Assembly (NCBI GenBank): GCA_963786395.1
Contig: CAWAZD010000014.1
Span: 129,730 to 193,729 of the forward strand
Direction: 5' to 3'
Source of the DNA: an uncultured Ignavibacteriales bacterium
GTDB taxonomy: Bacteria; Bacteroidota; Ignavibacteria; Ignavibacteriales; Ignavibacteriaceae
DNA: 64,000 nucleotides
A program made the translations under genes and the position numbers. Positions within the stretch are counted from its first letter, which is position 1; each line of letters begins with the position of its first letter. Positions 50,227-60,861 of the stretch are shown here, piece after piece. Below the pieces are notes generated by a model. It saw nothing but the letters and a program-made list of their open reading frames with translations, was not told where the DNA came from and did no database searches.

Positions 50227-52815
50227 ATGGGTTATCCCGGACTTTTTCTCTACATTTTAATTCTTTTTTCAACAATACTACCTTCTTTTTCCTATTCCCA
50301 GATTATTTTCAAGGAACTGCCGGGTTATAAATTCAGTAATGCCGCAAATAGTCTTCTGGATGTTTCTGAATCAAGAAGTGTTATCCCACTAGATGGGAAA
50401 TGGCAGGTATTTGCTGCAAATGATAAGGATCAGAAAAAAGTAACTATTAATATACCATCTGTTTTTCAGGGAGATGGTTCTCTTATCTTTGAAAAATGGT
50501 TCCCACTTTCAAAAGATCAGCTTACTAATCATAAATTCAGAATATGTTTCCTGGGCTTGAATTATTCCGCCGATATCTCTGTTAATAGTGTTATAATCTA
50601 CCGGCACACAGGCGGGACCTTCCCGTTTCATGTCGATCTGCCAAAAGATATTATCTACACAGCCAAAAGTAATTTATTATCTGTTAAATTGACATTTAAG
50701 CCGGACGCAGAAAATACTATTCCGGTTAAACAGGGCTTTCTTGAACCAAGGAATTGCGGGGGCATTTTCTCTGATGTTTGTTTGCAGCTTTTACCAAATG
50801 TCTCCATTATCGATCCTGAAATATCTTATAAATATGATCCTAAATCCGACAGAGTAAAATTCGTTCTTTCTTCAAAAATTGATAATAAAGATTTCACATC
50901 GCGCGATTCTTCTGCAGGAAATAATGATCTAACGCTTAAAATAAATTTTCAGACACCAACCGGCAGCATATTTTCTGCACCTGAACAATCTTTTAATCTT
51001 AACCGTAATAAAGAAAAAATCGTCAATCAGAATTTTGAATTATCTAATCCTGTAATCTGGTCCCCCGCTTCTCCACAGTCCTACAACGTGTCTTTTTCTT
51101 TATATCGCAACGGAAATCTTGTTGATCGTGTCGATAGAAAGCTTGCCGTTTATTCTCTCGTCCCGACTAAAGAGTCGCTTTTATTAAACGGAAATAATTT
51201 TGTTATGGAAGGAGTAACATATATTCCTTCAAATGCAGAATTCGGGTGTATGCTTTCGTATGAGTTTATGGACAGGGACATTAAAATAATTAAAGAAGCT
51301 GGTTTTAACAGCGTTAGATTTTCGAAAATCGTACCCCATCCGTACTATCTCGCTTTGTGCGAAAAATATGGTCTTCTTGCTTTTGTCGAATTACCCATAA
51401 ATTTGATTCCTGGTAAACTTTCTGCCGATCCCAATTTTATTCAAAGAAGTGAAAATTATCTGATCAACTTCCTTAAAGCATATAAACAATATTCCGTTAT
51501 AGCTGCTGTAGGACTTGGTAGTTCTTACATTCCAGGTGTTGAAACGCAAATGAATTTACTTAACCTTCTTTCGGCTGCGGTTAAGAAACAAGTAAATGCT
51601 CTTACTTACGCTTCATTCGCTCAATATAATATTTCCAAACTTGATTACGTTGACCTGTATGGAATAGAATTTATAAATACTCTGCCGGGACAGATTTTCT
51701 CTGAAATTCAAAATCTTAAAACCAATCTGGGTACAGGGCATGTATTTGTTAGTGAAGCTACTTACATTGTCAATTCAGGCAACTCTGATGGATATGTTAA
51801 TAAATTTACTTTTGAAGCTCAGGCAGAATATTTTGATGAATTGATTGATAATCTTAATTCAAACCCATTGGCTGGTTATTTCCTCAATACTATGTTCGAT
51901 TATCAGGGGGAATTTTCCTCTCTGATTGCCGGTTATAACCGTGATAATGTGTTTCATATAGGTCTGTTTGGTGAAGACAGGAACGACCCACGTCTAGCCC
52001 TTAAAGTTATCACTGCCAAACTTCATAATTCGGAGAAGGTCACTATTCCTATTGGTAGTAAAAAAGATGATTCCCCAATGATATTTATTTTGTTCGGAAT
52101 TGCGATGGCAATTTTTCTTGGCGGTCTTGTAAATTCCGGCAGGAAATTTCGTGAAGATTCTTCCCGGGCTTTGTTAAGACCGTATAACTTTTTTGCCGAT
52201 GTTCGTGATCAAAGATTAATATCGGTTTTACAGACAAATATTCTTGGAATACTTGTGTCTGCTGTATCCGGTCTGCTTATAAGTAACCTTCTTTATTACT
52301 TCAGAGAAAATCTTTTCTTTGAAAGAACAATTCTTGCATTCGGCAGCCGTGGCTTGATTAAGATGGTAAATTATCTTGCGTGGCATCCTGTTATGTCTAT
52401 TCTCTGGCTCTCGATTGCATCATTTGTATTTCTTGTTCTGCTTTCATTTATCGTTAAAGCAATCTCATTCTTTGTTAGAAACAGGGTCTATTTTTCCAGT
52501 GCATATTTTACGGTTATGTGGTCGTTCCTTCCGCTAGTTCTTTTAATACCCCTTGGAATAATTCTATACAGGGTTCTTTCTGCTGATGTGGCTAACACTT
52601 ATATTTTTATTGCACTTGTAATATTTACAATCTGGGTTTTTTACCGTCTGATGAAGGGCATCTATGTTATTTTTGATGTAAATGCGGGAAGCGTGTATTT
52701 CTACAGCTTGCTTCTGATTGCTCTTATAATCAGTAGTGTGGTTTTTTATTATGAAATGAGTAATTCGGTATTAGAATACCTTCAGGTTACATTCAAATTG
52801 TTCAATATAATTTAG
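50227..52815 (+). CDS. GH2-like (sugar-binding / TIM-barrel-like) exoplasmic domain fused to a polytopic C-terminal membrane domain
   Basis: The N-terminal signal peptide and about 600 aa resemble the glycoside hydrolase family 2 N-terminal and central regions. The last roughly 250 aa contain about 7 hydrophobic helices. Confidence 0.45.
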   Translation: MGYPGLFLYILILFSTILPSFSYSQIIFKELPGYKFSNAANSLLDVSESRSVIPLDGKWQVFAANDKDQKKVTINIPSVFQGDGSLIFEKWFPLSKDQLTNHKFRICFLGLNYSADISVNSVIIYRHTGGTFPFHVDLPKDIIYTAKSNLLSVKLTFKPDAENTIPVKQGFLEPRNCGGIFSDVCLQLLPNVSIIDPEISYKYDPKSDRVKFVLSSKIDNKDFTSRDSSAGNNDLTLKINFQTPTGSIFSAPEQSFNLNRNKEKIVNQNFELSNPVIWSPASPQSYNVSFSLYRNGNLVDRVDRKLAVYSLVPTKESLLLNGNNFVMEGVTYIPSNAEFGCMLSYEFMDRDIKIIKEAGFNSVRFSKIVPHPYYLALCEKYGLLAFVELPINLIPGKLSADPNFIQRSENYLINFLKAYKQYSVIAAVGLGSSYIPGVETQMNLLNLLSAAVKKQVNALTYASFAQYNISKLDYVDLYGIEFINTLPGQIFSEIQNLKTNLGTGHVFVSEATYIVNSGNSDGYVNKFTFEAQAEYFDELIDNLNSNPLAGYFLNTMFDYQGEFSSLIAGYNRDNVFHIGLFGEDRNDPRLALKVITAKLHNSEKVTIPIGSKKDDSPMIFILFGIAMAIFLGGLVNSGRKFREDSSRALLRPYNFFADVRDQRLISVLQTNILGILVSAVSGLLISNLLYYFRENLFFERTILAFGSRGLIKMVNYLAWHPVMSILWLSIASFVFLVLLSFIVKAISFFVRNRVYFSSAYFTVMWSFLPLVLLIPLGIILYRVLSADVANTYIFIALVIFTIWVFYRLMKGIYVIFDVNAGSVYFYSLLLIALIISSVVFYYEMSNSVLEYLQVTFKLFNII

Positions 52816-52824
52816 GTCTTGTAA

Positions 52825-55800
52825 TTGTATCTTTCGAAGCTTGAAATATTAGGATTCAAATCTTTTGCTCAAAAAACAAATGTGCAGTTTAACCAGGGCG
52901 TAACATCTATTGTTGGTCCGAACGGCTGTGGTAAAACAAATATTGTTGATGCAATTAGATGGTGTCTTGGCGAACAGCGTAGCAGTGCGCTTCGAAGCGA
53001 TAAGATGGAAAATGTTATTTTCAACGGTACCGCGCAAAAAAAACCAATGGGAATGGCTGAGGTCTCCCTTACAATTGAAAATAATAAGGGTATTCTTCCT
53101 ACTGAGTACTCTGAAGTCACTATAACACGCAGAATTTTCCGTTCCGGAGAAAGTGAATATCTTCTTAATAAAAATATCTGCCGGCTCAAGGATATTACTA
53201 ACCTGTTTATGGATACCGGAATAGGCGCTAATGCCTACTCGGTTATTGAACTTAAAATGGTTGAAACTATCCTTAGCAATAAAGCAGAAGAAAGAAGAAC
53301 TATGTTTGAAGAGGCTGCAGGTGTTAATAAATATAAACTGCGCCGCAGACTCGCTCTTAAAAAACTTGATGAGGTAAAGTCCGATCTTAACCGCGTTAAT
53401 GATATAGTTACTGAAGTTGACAAGAAAGTAAATTCTCTCGAACGTCAGGCAAAAAAAGCCGATAAATATAATAAGATTTCTTCTGTTCTACGTGAACTTG
53501 AAATTGACCTCGCCGAAAGGGAATATGCCAGTTTTAATAAACAGAAAACAGAATTTAAAAGTAGTAAAGAATCTGATTTTCAAATTAAATTATCTTTAGA
53601 GTCTGAACTTGCAAGGATTGAAGATGAAGTTAAAGAAGTTAAAGAACAACTAAACGAAATCGAATCTAAACTTAAAACTAAGCGGAGTGAAATAACCCTT
53701 CAGACTGAAAAGATCTATAATTCCCAAAACATTATTTCGGTGAGCGAAGAAAGACAAAATTCTCTCGAAAGGAATATCCACAGGTTTAAACAGGAGCTTG
53801 AGGAACTTAAAGTTTCACTCATTGAGACTGAAGATCTGATTGTGGAAAACAGGGAGTCCATTTCAGAAACAATGAATAAGATTGTTTCAAGACAATCCGA
53901 AAAAAAATTATCCGAAGATAAGGTAACTCAATTTAAAATTTCTCTTGAAGAAAAAAGAACTGCTCTTAAACTCCATTCCGAAATGCTTCTTGAAAAGTTT
54001 AAAGAGATTACTGCCAAAGAAAATGAATTCTCTAATGTTGAAAAAGCTTTAGTTTCTAGGAACAATTTCATAAGTAAGTTAAATGAAAAAATTCAATCAT
54101 TGACGGGAAATATTGCTAAAACCGTCGGCTATATTGAAGAATTAAACCAGGATAAATCAGAAACCGAAAAGAAATTAATTGAAGCCGAAAACTTTTATAC
54201 AAATAAGCAGAAGGAAAGGGAAGAGCTTGAAAAGAAATTGAACTCTCTTAAGGAAAATGAGCTTGAAGAAAGATCTGTCCTAAGTGGTTTGCATGATAAA
54301 ATCACATTTATTCAGAACCTTATTGATAACCTTGAAGGTGTATCTAAGGGTGCAAAAGCATTGCTGGAAAATAATACCTGGTCTAAAGGAGAAAAAACCC
54401 TTCTTGCCCACATCGGTAATTCTTCAGAAGAGTACAGGTTTGCAATTGAAGCTTCACTGAAAAACAACCTGAACAATATTCTGGTTGAATCACTAGAGGA
54501 TCTTAAAAACGGAATTGATTATCTGAAAAATAATGAAATAGGCAAGGCTTCATTTTACATTACTACTAATCAGTCTGTAAAAAAGAATAATATTCTTCAG
54601 AAATTGCAGGCTTACCTCCTTAAAAAAAGAATAAAATCTATGACTAAAGAATCCGGCTATCTTGGATTTGCAAAAGATTTTATTCAAACAGATGGGAAAT
54701 GGAAACCTTTTTTCGATAAAATATTAGCTAAAACTGTTCTTGTTGATAATCTCGATTCCGCTTTCCGCCTTTCTATTCAATATGATAATTTTAAATATGT
54801 TACTTTGAATGGCGACTACCTTGATCAGTCTGGTGTAATTGAAGGCGGATCAGCTCCAAGATTGGATGATTCTCTGTTCGGAAGAAAACAACTCCTGGAA
54901 AACTTTAAAAATGAATTCCCTGACAGGGAAAAAGCTCTCTATCTTCTTCATAAGCAAATTGAAGAAACTGAAATTAGAATTAACAATATTGATCTTAAAG
55001 TCCTTTCTGAAAAAGGAAGACTCCTTGTAAATGATCTTGCTAATATTGAAAAACAGATAGCACAATTTGAATTTGAAAAACAAAAATCTGTTGATGAAAT
55101 TGAAAAGGCAAGAACCGAGATTCAGGAATTAGCCTCCGAATACAACCGTCTTGATAATGAAAAAACTAAACTCGAGGAATTGCTTTCTCTGCATAAAGAA
55201 GAAAAAGCCGCCGCTGATGCTGAAAGCAGAGAGTTTGAAACAGACTTAAAAAATTCTGAAACGGAATTCTCTCTGATAACCTCAGGGCTTAATAAAATTA
55301 ATCTTGAATTGGAACGGTTTAATGGTGATCTGAGAAATTCTGAAAATGCAGTTAAAAGGGCGGAAGATTCAGTAGAATCAATAAAGAAAACAGTTGCTAA
55401 AAGAGAAATTGATATTACTTCAGCTGTTGAAGAATCTGAATCTCTTAAATCTATGCTCGAAGAAAAACTTATTGAGATGGAAGAACTCGGTGAAACAAAA
55501 AAATTGTTACTTCAGGAGGAAGTCGGGATAGATTCAGAATTCAAAACCATCAAAGATGTAATATCCGTGAAAGAATCTAAATTAAATTCCCTTAGAAAAG
55601 AAAGAGAATCTGTTTCAGAAAACATTCACCACGCTGAAATCAAGCTCAACGAACTTAACTTGATGATTAAAAATCTTCTTGAGAATATTAAAGAAAACTA
55701 TTCCCTTACTCTCGAGTTTAAAGAATTTGATGATCTAGATGCTTTTGATTTTACTCAGCGAACAGAAGAAGTGCATTCACTTAAACAACAGGTAAGGAAC

Positions 55801-56418
55801 CTTGGACCTATCAACCTTCTTGCCTATTCTGAGTATGAAGAGGAAAAGGAGAGGCTCGATTTCCTTAACAAACAGCGAAATGATTTAATTGAATCTGAAA
55901 AGGATATAGTTAAAACCATAGAGGAAATAAATATAACTGCTCAGACTCTTTTTATAGAAACATTTGAAAAAATAAAGGGTCATTTTATCAGGATATTCAG
56001 GGGATTGTTTAATCCGGGCGATGAAGCAGATTTGAAACTTGAAGAAAACGCGGATCCACTTGAAGCTAAAATTGAAATTGTAGCCAAACCTAAAGGCAAA
56101 CGTCCAACATCAATTGAGCTGCTCTCTGGTGGCGAAAAAACTCTGACGGCTATTGCTTTGCTGTTCTCTATTTATCTTGTGAAACCAAGTCCATTCTGTA
56201 TTCTTGATGAAATTGATGCTCCTCTTGACGATGCAAATATTGACCGGTTTTGTAAAATCATTAAGGATTTTAGTACCGACACTCAGTTTATCGTTGTAAC
56301 TCATAACAAAAGAACTATGGAAGCTGCTGACACTCTCTATGGAGTTACTATGCAGGAAGAAGGTGTCTCAAAATTAGTAAGCGTAAGATTTAATGAGGAC
56401 TTTAACTTTGTCAATTAA
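52825..56418 (+). CDS. smc: Chromosome segregation protein SMC
   Basis: Walker A GPNGCGKTN, long coiled coils, hinge, signature LSGGEKTLTAIALL and Walker B ILDEIDAPLD. TTG start. Confidence 0.95.
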   Translation: MYLSKLEILGFKSFAQKTNVQFNQGVTSIVGPNGCGKTNIVDAIRWCLGEQRSSALRSDKMENVIFNGTAQKKPMGMAEVSLTIENNKGILPTEYSEVTITRRIFRSGESEYLLNKNICRLKDITNLFMDTGIGANAYSVIELKMVETILSNKAEERRTMFEEAAGVNKYKLRRRLALKKLDEVKSDLNRVNDIVTEVDKKVNSLERQAKKADKYNKISSVLRELEIDLAEREYASFNKQKTEFKSSKESDFQIKLSLESELARIEDEVKEVKEQLNEIESKLKTKRSEITLQTEKIYNSQNIISVSEERQNSLERNIHRFKQELEELKVSLIETEDLIVENRESISETMNKIVSRQSEKKLSEDKVTQFKISLEEKRTALKLHSEMLLEKFKEITAKENEFSNVEKALVSRNNFISKLNEKIQSLTGNIAKTVGYIEELNQDKSETEKKLIEAENFYTNKQKEREELEKKLNSLKENELEERSVLSGLHDKITFIQNLIDNLEGVSKGAKALLENNTWSKGEKTLLAHIGNSSEEYRFAIEASLKNNLNNILVESLEDLKNGIDYLKNNEIGKASFYITTNQSVKKNNILQKLQAYLLKKRIKSMTKESGYLGFAKDFIQTDGKWKPFFDKILAKTVLVDNLDSAFRLSIQYDNFKYVTLNGDYLDQSGVIEGGSAPRLDDSLFGRKQLLENFKNEFPDREKALYLLHKQIEETEIRINNIDLKVLSEKGRLLVNDLANIEKQIAQFEFEKQKSVDEIEKARTEIQELASEYNRLDNEKTKLEELLSLHKEEKAAADAESREFETDLKNSETEFSLITSGLNKINLELERFNGDLRNSENAVKRAEDSVESIKKTVAKREIDITSAVEESESLKSMLEEKLIEMEELGETKKLLLQEEVGIDSEFKTIKDVISVKESKLNSLRKERESVSENIHHAEIKLNELNLMIKNLLENIKENYSLTLEFKEFDDLDAFDFTQRTEEVHSLKQQVRNLGPINLLAYSEYEEEKERLDFLNKQRNDLIESEKDIVKTIEEINITAQTLFIETFEKIKGHFIRIFRGLFNPGDEADLKLEENADPLEAKIEIVAKPKGKRPTSIELLSGGEKTLTAIALLFSIYLVKPSPFCILDEIDAPLDDANIDRFCKIIKDFSTDTQFIVVTHNKRTMEAADTLYGVTMQEEGVSKLVSVRFNEDFNFVN

Positions 56419-58387
56419 ATCTTTCAATAAATCTAAATTCATTTATAGATTCCTTTTTATATTTGGTTTTATCGTAAATTCATCTCCCCTTTATTCGCAG
56501 TGGGTCAATAATCCGGCTTTAAATACAAAGATTGTTATCGGCGCCTCTAAACCCATAAATATTTCATCTGTAGAGGATTTAAAAGGCGGAGCTTTTATTT
56601 TTTGGGAGGATAATAAAAGTGGATTCCAGAATGATATTTATTTTGTTCATATGGATGCCAACGGAAAAGTTTCATTCCGCGCTGACGGGAAAAAGGTTTC
56701 AGAATTAAACGGCAACAAAGTTCAACCGGTTGTTTCATCTAACCTTCCTAATAATGCTGTCATTTTGTGGAAAGATTTCACAAGAAGTAAATCCGGCAAC
56801 TTGTTTGCACAACGAGTTTATAGTAATGGTAACCTTCTTTGGCCTAATGAGGGCGTGCAGGTTAGCCCCAATTATCCAGATGTAAATGATTATTCTGTTT
56901 GTTCAGATGATTTAGGTGACGTCTATTTATCATACGTTGCAAAGGTAAATGAATTTGGTTCTGACTATAGGATTGTTTTTCAGAAAATAAAGGCAAATGG
57001 TGAATTAAAGGATGATATAACCGGCATTACAGTCTTCAATTCACCCGGAAGAAAAAGCTCGACTTCAATTATCGCTGATAATGCAGGCGGTGCCTATGTG
57101 TTCTGGTTGGAAAATCAAAACAACCATACCATCCTCTTTACATCGCATATTGATTCAACCGGCAAAGATGTCTGGGGGAAAAAACCTTTAACGATTTCCA
57201 ATCCTAACCAGACTGTACTAAGCTACTCTGTACAGAAAACCGATTTCTCATCGATTTACGTTGCATGGCAGATTCAAAAATCAGAAAAGGAAATTTATCA
57301 TCAGCTTATCTCATCCTCCGGAAAAACTCTTTGGGGCGCCGGAGGCAGAATTGCTTCTACTAAAAAAGGAAACAAAACAAATCCCCAGGTTTTAACTGCG
57401 GATTCTACTATTATTTTAAGCTGGACTTGTGATCTAAAAAATGATAAGGATATTTATATTCAGAAATTTAATCAAAGGGGAACTCCGAAGTGGAAAGAAG
57501 ATGTTCCAGCAATTAAAATTCCTAAAGACCAGTTTGGTCAAAAACTTTTGAGCGATGGTAAAGGTGGTGCTATAGTTTTTTGGATTGATAGAAGACAGGA
57601 ATCTGTCCGGGCGAATATTTATGCTCAAAGAATTAGCAGCTCTGGTAAACGCCTTTGGGATTCTCTTGGAATTGCTGTTGGCAGCCATAATAATACTGAG
57701 AAAAGCTATTTGTCTGTTGTGTCTGATTTACGTGGAGGCACGATTGCTATTTTTAGGGAAATTCGTGACTCCAAAGAGGAAATTTATGCTCAGAAGATAT
57801 TTAATACGGGCACTTATATCTCTCAGATTATTGGACTTAGTGCGATTCTGAATGGTGACTCTGTTAAAGTATCGTGGTATTCTGCTAATGAGTCCAACGG
57901 CACCAATTATGACATAGAACGAACTGTCCAGACAGAAAACGGAACATCTCAATGGGTCGTCGTTAAGAATATTAAACCAGAGTCTATTAGTAATGCCAGG
58001 TACTATGTTTTTTATGATCATCCTACTGAAGTTGGAACTCATTTTTACAGAATAATTCAGAAAGACAATTTGGGCAATATTCAACCTTCGGATGTTGCCA
58101 AAGTTGAATTTTTTGAATCAAAAAATAAGATTTCTCTTGGACAGAATTCACCCAACCCCTTCTCGGAAGAAACTACTATTGTGTTTTACTTATCCGAACC
58201 TGCATGGGTTAAAATAGAATTCTTTAATAGCCATATTGAATTAATTAAGGAAATTGATGGACAAAATTATCCCAAGGGTGAAAACAAAATTTCTTTCTCC
58301 GGGAAGACACTTCCCCCAGGTGTCTATTTTTATAGGTTACAATCAGAGGATTATGTTGATGTTAGAAAAATGGTGCTTACTAAATGA
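56393..58387 (+). CDS. Secreted protein with a T9SS C-terminal sorting domain
   Basis: Signal peptide. C-terminus LGQNSPNPFSEET ... GVYFYRLQS. Confidence 0.6.
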   Translation: MRTLTLSIKSFNKSKFIYRFLFIFGFIVNSSPLYSQWVNNPALNTKIVIGASKPINISSVEDLKGGAFIFWEDNKSGFQNDIYFVHMDANGKVSFRADGKKVSELNGNKVQPVVSSNLPNNAVILWKDFTRSKSGNLFAQRVYSNGNLLWPNEGVQVSPNYPDVNDYSVCSDDLGDVYLSYVAKVNEFGSDYRIVFQKIKANGELKDDITGITVFNSPGRKSSTSIIADNAGGAYVFWLENQNNHTILFTSHIDSTGKDVWGKKPLTISNPNQTVLSYSVQKTDFSSIYVAWQIQKSEKEIYHQLISSSGKTLWGAGGRIASTKKGNKTNPQVLTADSTIILSWTCDLKNDKDIYIQKFNQRGTPKWKEDVPAIKIPKDQFGQKLLSDGKGGAIVFWIDRRQESVRANIYAQRISSSGKRLWDSLGIAVGSHNNTEKSYLSVVSDLRGGTIAIFREIRDSKEEIYAQKIFNTGTYISQIIGLSAILNGDSVKVSWYSANESNGTNYDIERTVQTENGTSQWVVVKNIKPESISNARYYVFYDHPTEVGTHFYRIIQKDNLGNIQPSDVAKVEFFESKNKISLGQNSPNPFSEETTIVFYLSEPAWVKIEFFNSHIELIKEIDGQNYPKGENKISFSGKTLPPGVYFYRLQSEDYVDVRKMVLTK

Positions 58388-59097
58388 TAAATAATGAATT
58401 CAAAGTATTTGTTGATTTCGATGGAACGATTACTCAGACAGATGTAGGCGAGTCTATTTTCCGTGAATTCGGTGACAAGGTAAAAATCGACCTTATTATT
58501 AAAGATCTCCTTAGTGACAAGATTACAGCTAAACAAAGCTGGATTGAAATGTGTAAAACGATAACTTATGCGAATCTAAATTCGTTGAACTCTTTTATTG
58601 ACAGTATCGATGTTGATTCCGGCTTCCATAATTTTGTGAAATTCAGCGAAGCTAATAATGTTGAAATCTTCATTCTTAGTGATGGATTTGATTACTACAT
58701 CGACAGGATTCTCAAAAGAGAAAATCTCAGCCATTTGAAGTATTTTTCAAATCACCTCAGAATATCAGACAGAAATAAACTGACTCCCGTGTTTCCATAC
58801 AATGATCTAAATTGCCGGACTTCGGCAAATAATAAAAGAAATCATATCATTAATAATAGCAGCGAAGATGATTTTACTGTTTATGTGGGTGATGGAAATT
58901 CAGATAAAGATCCTGCATTATATTGTGATTTTATTTTCGCAAAGAAGGGACTTCTTAAATATTGTGAATCAGAAAACATAACATTTTTCCCTTATAACAC
59001 TCTTGAAGATGTAATTGTTAAACTGGATGTAATAATGAAAAAGAAAAACGTAAAAAAAAGAAACCAGGCCAATTTAAAAGAAGAGAGGCATACATAA
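58384..59097 (+). CDS. HAD-IB family phosphatase (MtnX / phosphoserine-phosphatase-like)
   Basis: Motif I is VDFDGTIT and motif IV is GDGNSD. Confidence 0.7.
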   Translation: MINNEFKVFVDFDGTITQTDVGESIFREFGDKVKIDLIIKDLLSDKITAKQSWIEMCKTITYANLNSLNSFIDSIDVDSGFHNFVKFSEANNVEIFILSDGFDYYIDRILKRENLSHLKYFSNHLRISDRNKLTPVFPYNDLNCRTSANNKRNHIINNSSEDDFTVYVGDGNSDKDPALYCDFIFAKKGLLKYCESENITFFPYNTLEDVIVKLDVIMKKKNVKKRNQANLKEERHT

Positions 59098-59127
59098 CGG
59101 AATGATTATTAAAGGAAAAATATTTTA

Positions 59128-59712
59128 ATGAAATTATCAAAAACCTTTTTCAAATATCGCAGCTATACACCATTACCCTTTGTATTGATAATGCTGCTCT
59201 ATAATAATTCTAATATCTGGAGTCTTATTTCAGGTTTTGCGATATCGGTTATTGGAGAATTTATAAGACTTTGGGGCGTTAGCTGGGCAGGCAGTGAAAC
59301 AAGATCTACCGGCGGAGTTGGCGGCACTTTTCTTATCGTTGATGGCCCTTTTGGACATGTGAGGAACCCGCTCTATGTCGGAAAGATATTAATGTACACA
59401 GGTATTGGTATTATGTCTTTCGCGCTCTTTCCGTATCTGCAAATAATTGGATTACTCTTTTTCTCTATACAATATCATTTGATAGTTACTGAAGAGGAAG
59501 GGTATCTGCGTAAAACTTTCGGTAAACAATATCAGGATTATACTGAAAATGTTCCCCGGTTCTTCCCGAGAGTAACTGCATATAAAATTTCCAAAATTGA
59601 ACGCCCGGATTTTTCATGGAAGGAAGGCTTTGTTTCTGAAATAAGAACTCTGCAGTCATTTGGTTTTATAATATTTACCCTAATTATTATTTGGTATTGG
59701 AGAAGATTTTAA
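59128..59712 (+). CDS. Isoprenylcysteine carboxyl methyltransferase (ICMT)-family membrane methyltransferase
   Basis: Multi-TM protein with a conserved HVRNPLYVG block. Confidence 0.65.
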   Translation: MKLSKTFFKYRSYTPLPFVLIMLLYNNSNIWSLISGFAISVIGEFIRLWGVSWAGSETRSTGGVGGTFLIVDGPFGHVRNPLYVGKILMYTGIGIMSFALFPYLQIIGLLFFSIQYHLIVTEEEGYLRKTFGKQYQDYTENVPRFFPRVTAYKISKIERPDFSWKEGFVSEIRTLQSFGFIIFTLIIIWYWRRF

Positions 59713-59715
59713 ATA

Positions 59716-60861
59716 ATGAGTGCCGGTAATAAAAACATATTGATTATTGCGGGTGAAGCTTCGGGAGATCTGCATGGTTCAGCATTGATTACTGAACTTA
59801 TTAAAACTGATCCCACTATTCATGTTTATGGAATAGGCGGAATGAAAATGAAAAATGCTGGTATGGAAATTCTGTATCCTATAGACCGGCTTGCATTTCT
59901 TGGCTTTGCAGAAGTTATTAGACATCTGCCTTTTATTAAAAAAGTGCAGCGGGAAATTATTCGGCTCGTAAAAGAAAAAGATATTAAGAATGCAGTTCTG
60001 ATTGATTATCCCGGATTCAATCTGAGTATAGCAAAGAAATTGAAGAAGTTGGGTGTTAATATTTATTATTATATCTCTCCACAAATTTGGGCATGGGGAG
60101 CCGGCAGGATTGAGAAGATCAGATCACTTGTTAATAAAATGATAGTAGTTCTTCCGTTTGAAAAGGAATTCTATAGTAAAAATAATGTAGCTGTCGATTA
60201 TGTTGGTCATCCTCTTCTAGATAGAATAAATGATTTTAACTTGTTATCGCGGCCAGAGTTTTTTAATAAATTTAATTTAGATCAGTCTAAAGAAATATTA
60301 TTAATCCTTCCCGGAAGCAGGAAAAATGAAATAAGAAGAATTTTTCCGGAAGCTGTTAAGGCAGCCGGGAAGTTAATGAGTGAATTTAATTTGCAGACAA
60401 TAGTTGCCTGCTCTGATAATATTGATTCTGATATAATAACAAGTTATGAAAGCAAAATAAAGTTTACAGTTATTAAGGGTCATAACTATGACCTTATGAA
60501 TCTTGCAAAAATAGGCATCATCAAATCCGGCACCTCAACCCTTGAATCAGCACTCTTTAACCTTCCAATGGTGATAGTGTATAAAACAAGCTTTCTTACT
60601 TATCAGATCAGCCGGAATCTTATAAAACTTGATACTATCGGAATGGCTAATATTATTGCAGGTGAAAAAATTGTACCTGAGTTAATTCAGAATAAGGCAA
60701 GTGCTCAGAATATTTATACTGAGTGCAGGAAAATATTGTCGGATGATAACCTGTATTCTTCTGTTAAAAAGAATTTATTACTGCTGAGAAGTAAATTAGG
60801 CAGCACCGGTGCCTCACATAAGGCAGCGCAAATAATCTGTAGTGCATTAAATGAATCTTAG
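59716..60861 (+). CDS. lpxB: Lipid-A-disaccharide synthase
   Basis: IIAGEASGDLHGS N-terminus. The length and context with lpxK fit. Confidence 0.9.
   Translation: MSAGNKNILIIAGEASGDLHGSALITELIKTDPTIHVYGIGGMKMKNAGMEILYPIDRLAFLGFAEVIRHLPFIKKVQREIIRLVKEKDIKNAVLIDYPGFNLSIAKKLKKLGVNIYYYISPQIWAWGAGRIEKIRSLVNKMIVVLPFEKEFYSKNNVAVDYVGHPLLDRINDFNLLSRPEFFNKFNLDQSKEILLILPGSRKNEIRRIFPEAVKAAGKLMSEFNLQTIVACSDNIDSDIITSYESKIKFTVIKGHNYDLMNLAKIGIIKSGTSTLESALFNLPMVIVYKTSFLTYQISRNLIKLDTIGMANIIAGEKIVPELIQNKASAQNIYTECRKILSDDNLYSSVKKNLLLLRSKLGSTGASHKAAQIICSALNES

Noticed and set aside
52849-53423. Several 60-106-aa minus-strand ORFs inside smc
   Set aside because: They are antisense to a clearly conserved SMC head domain, so they are spurious.
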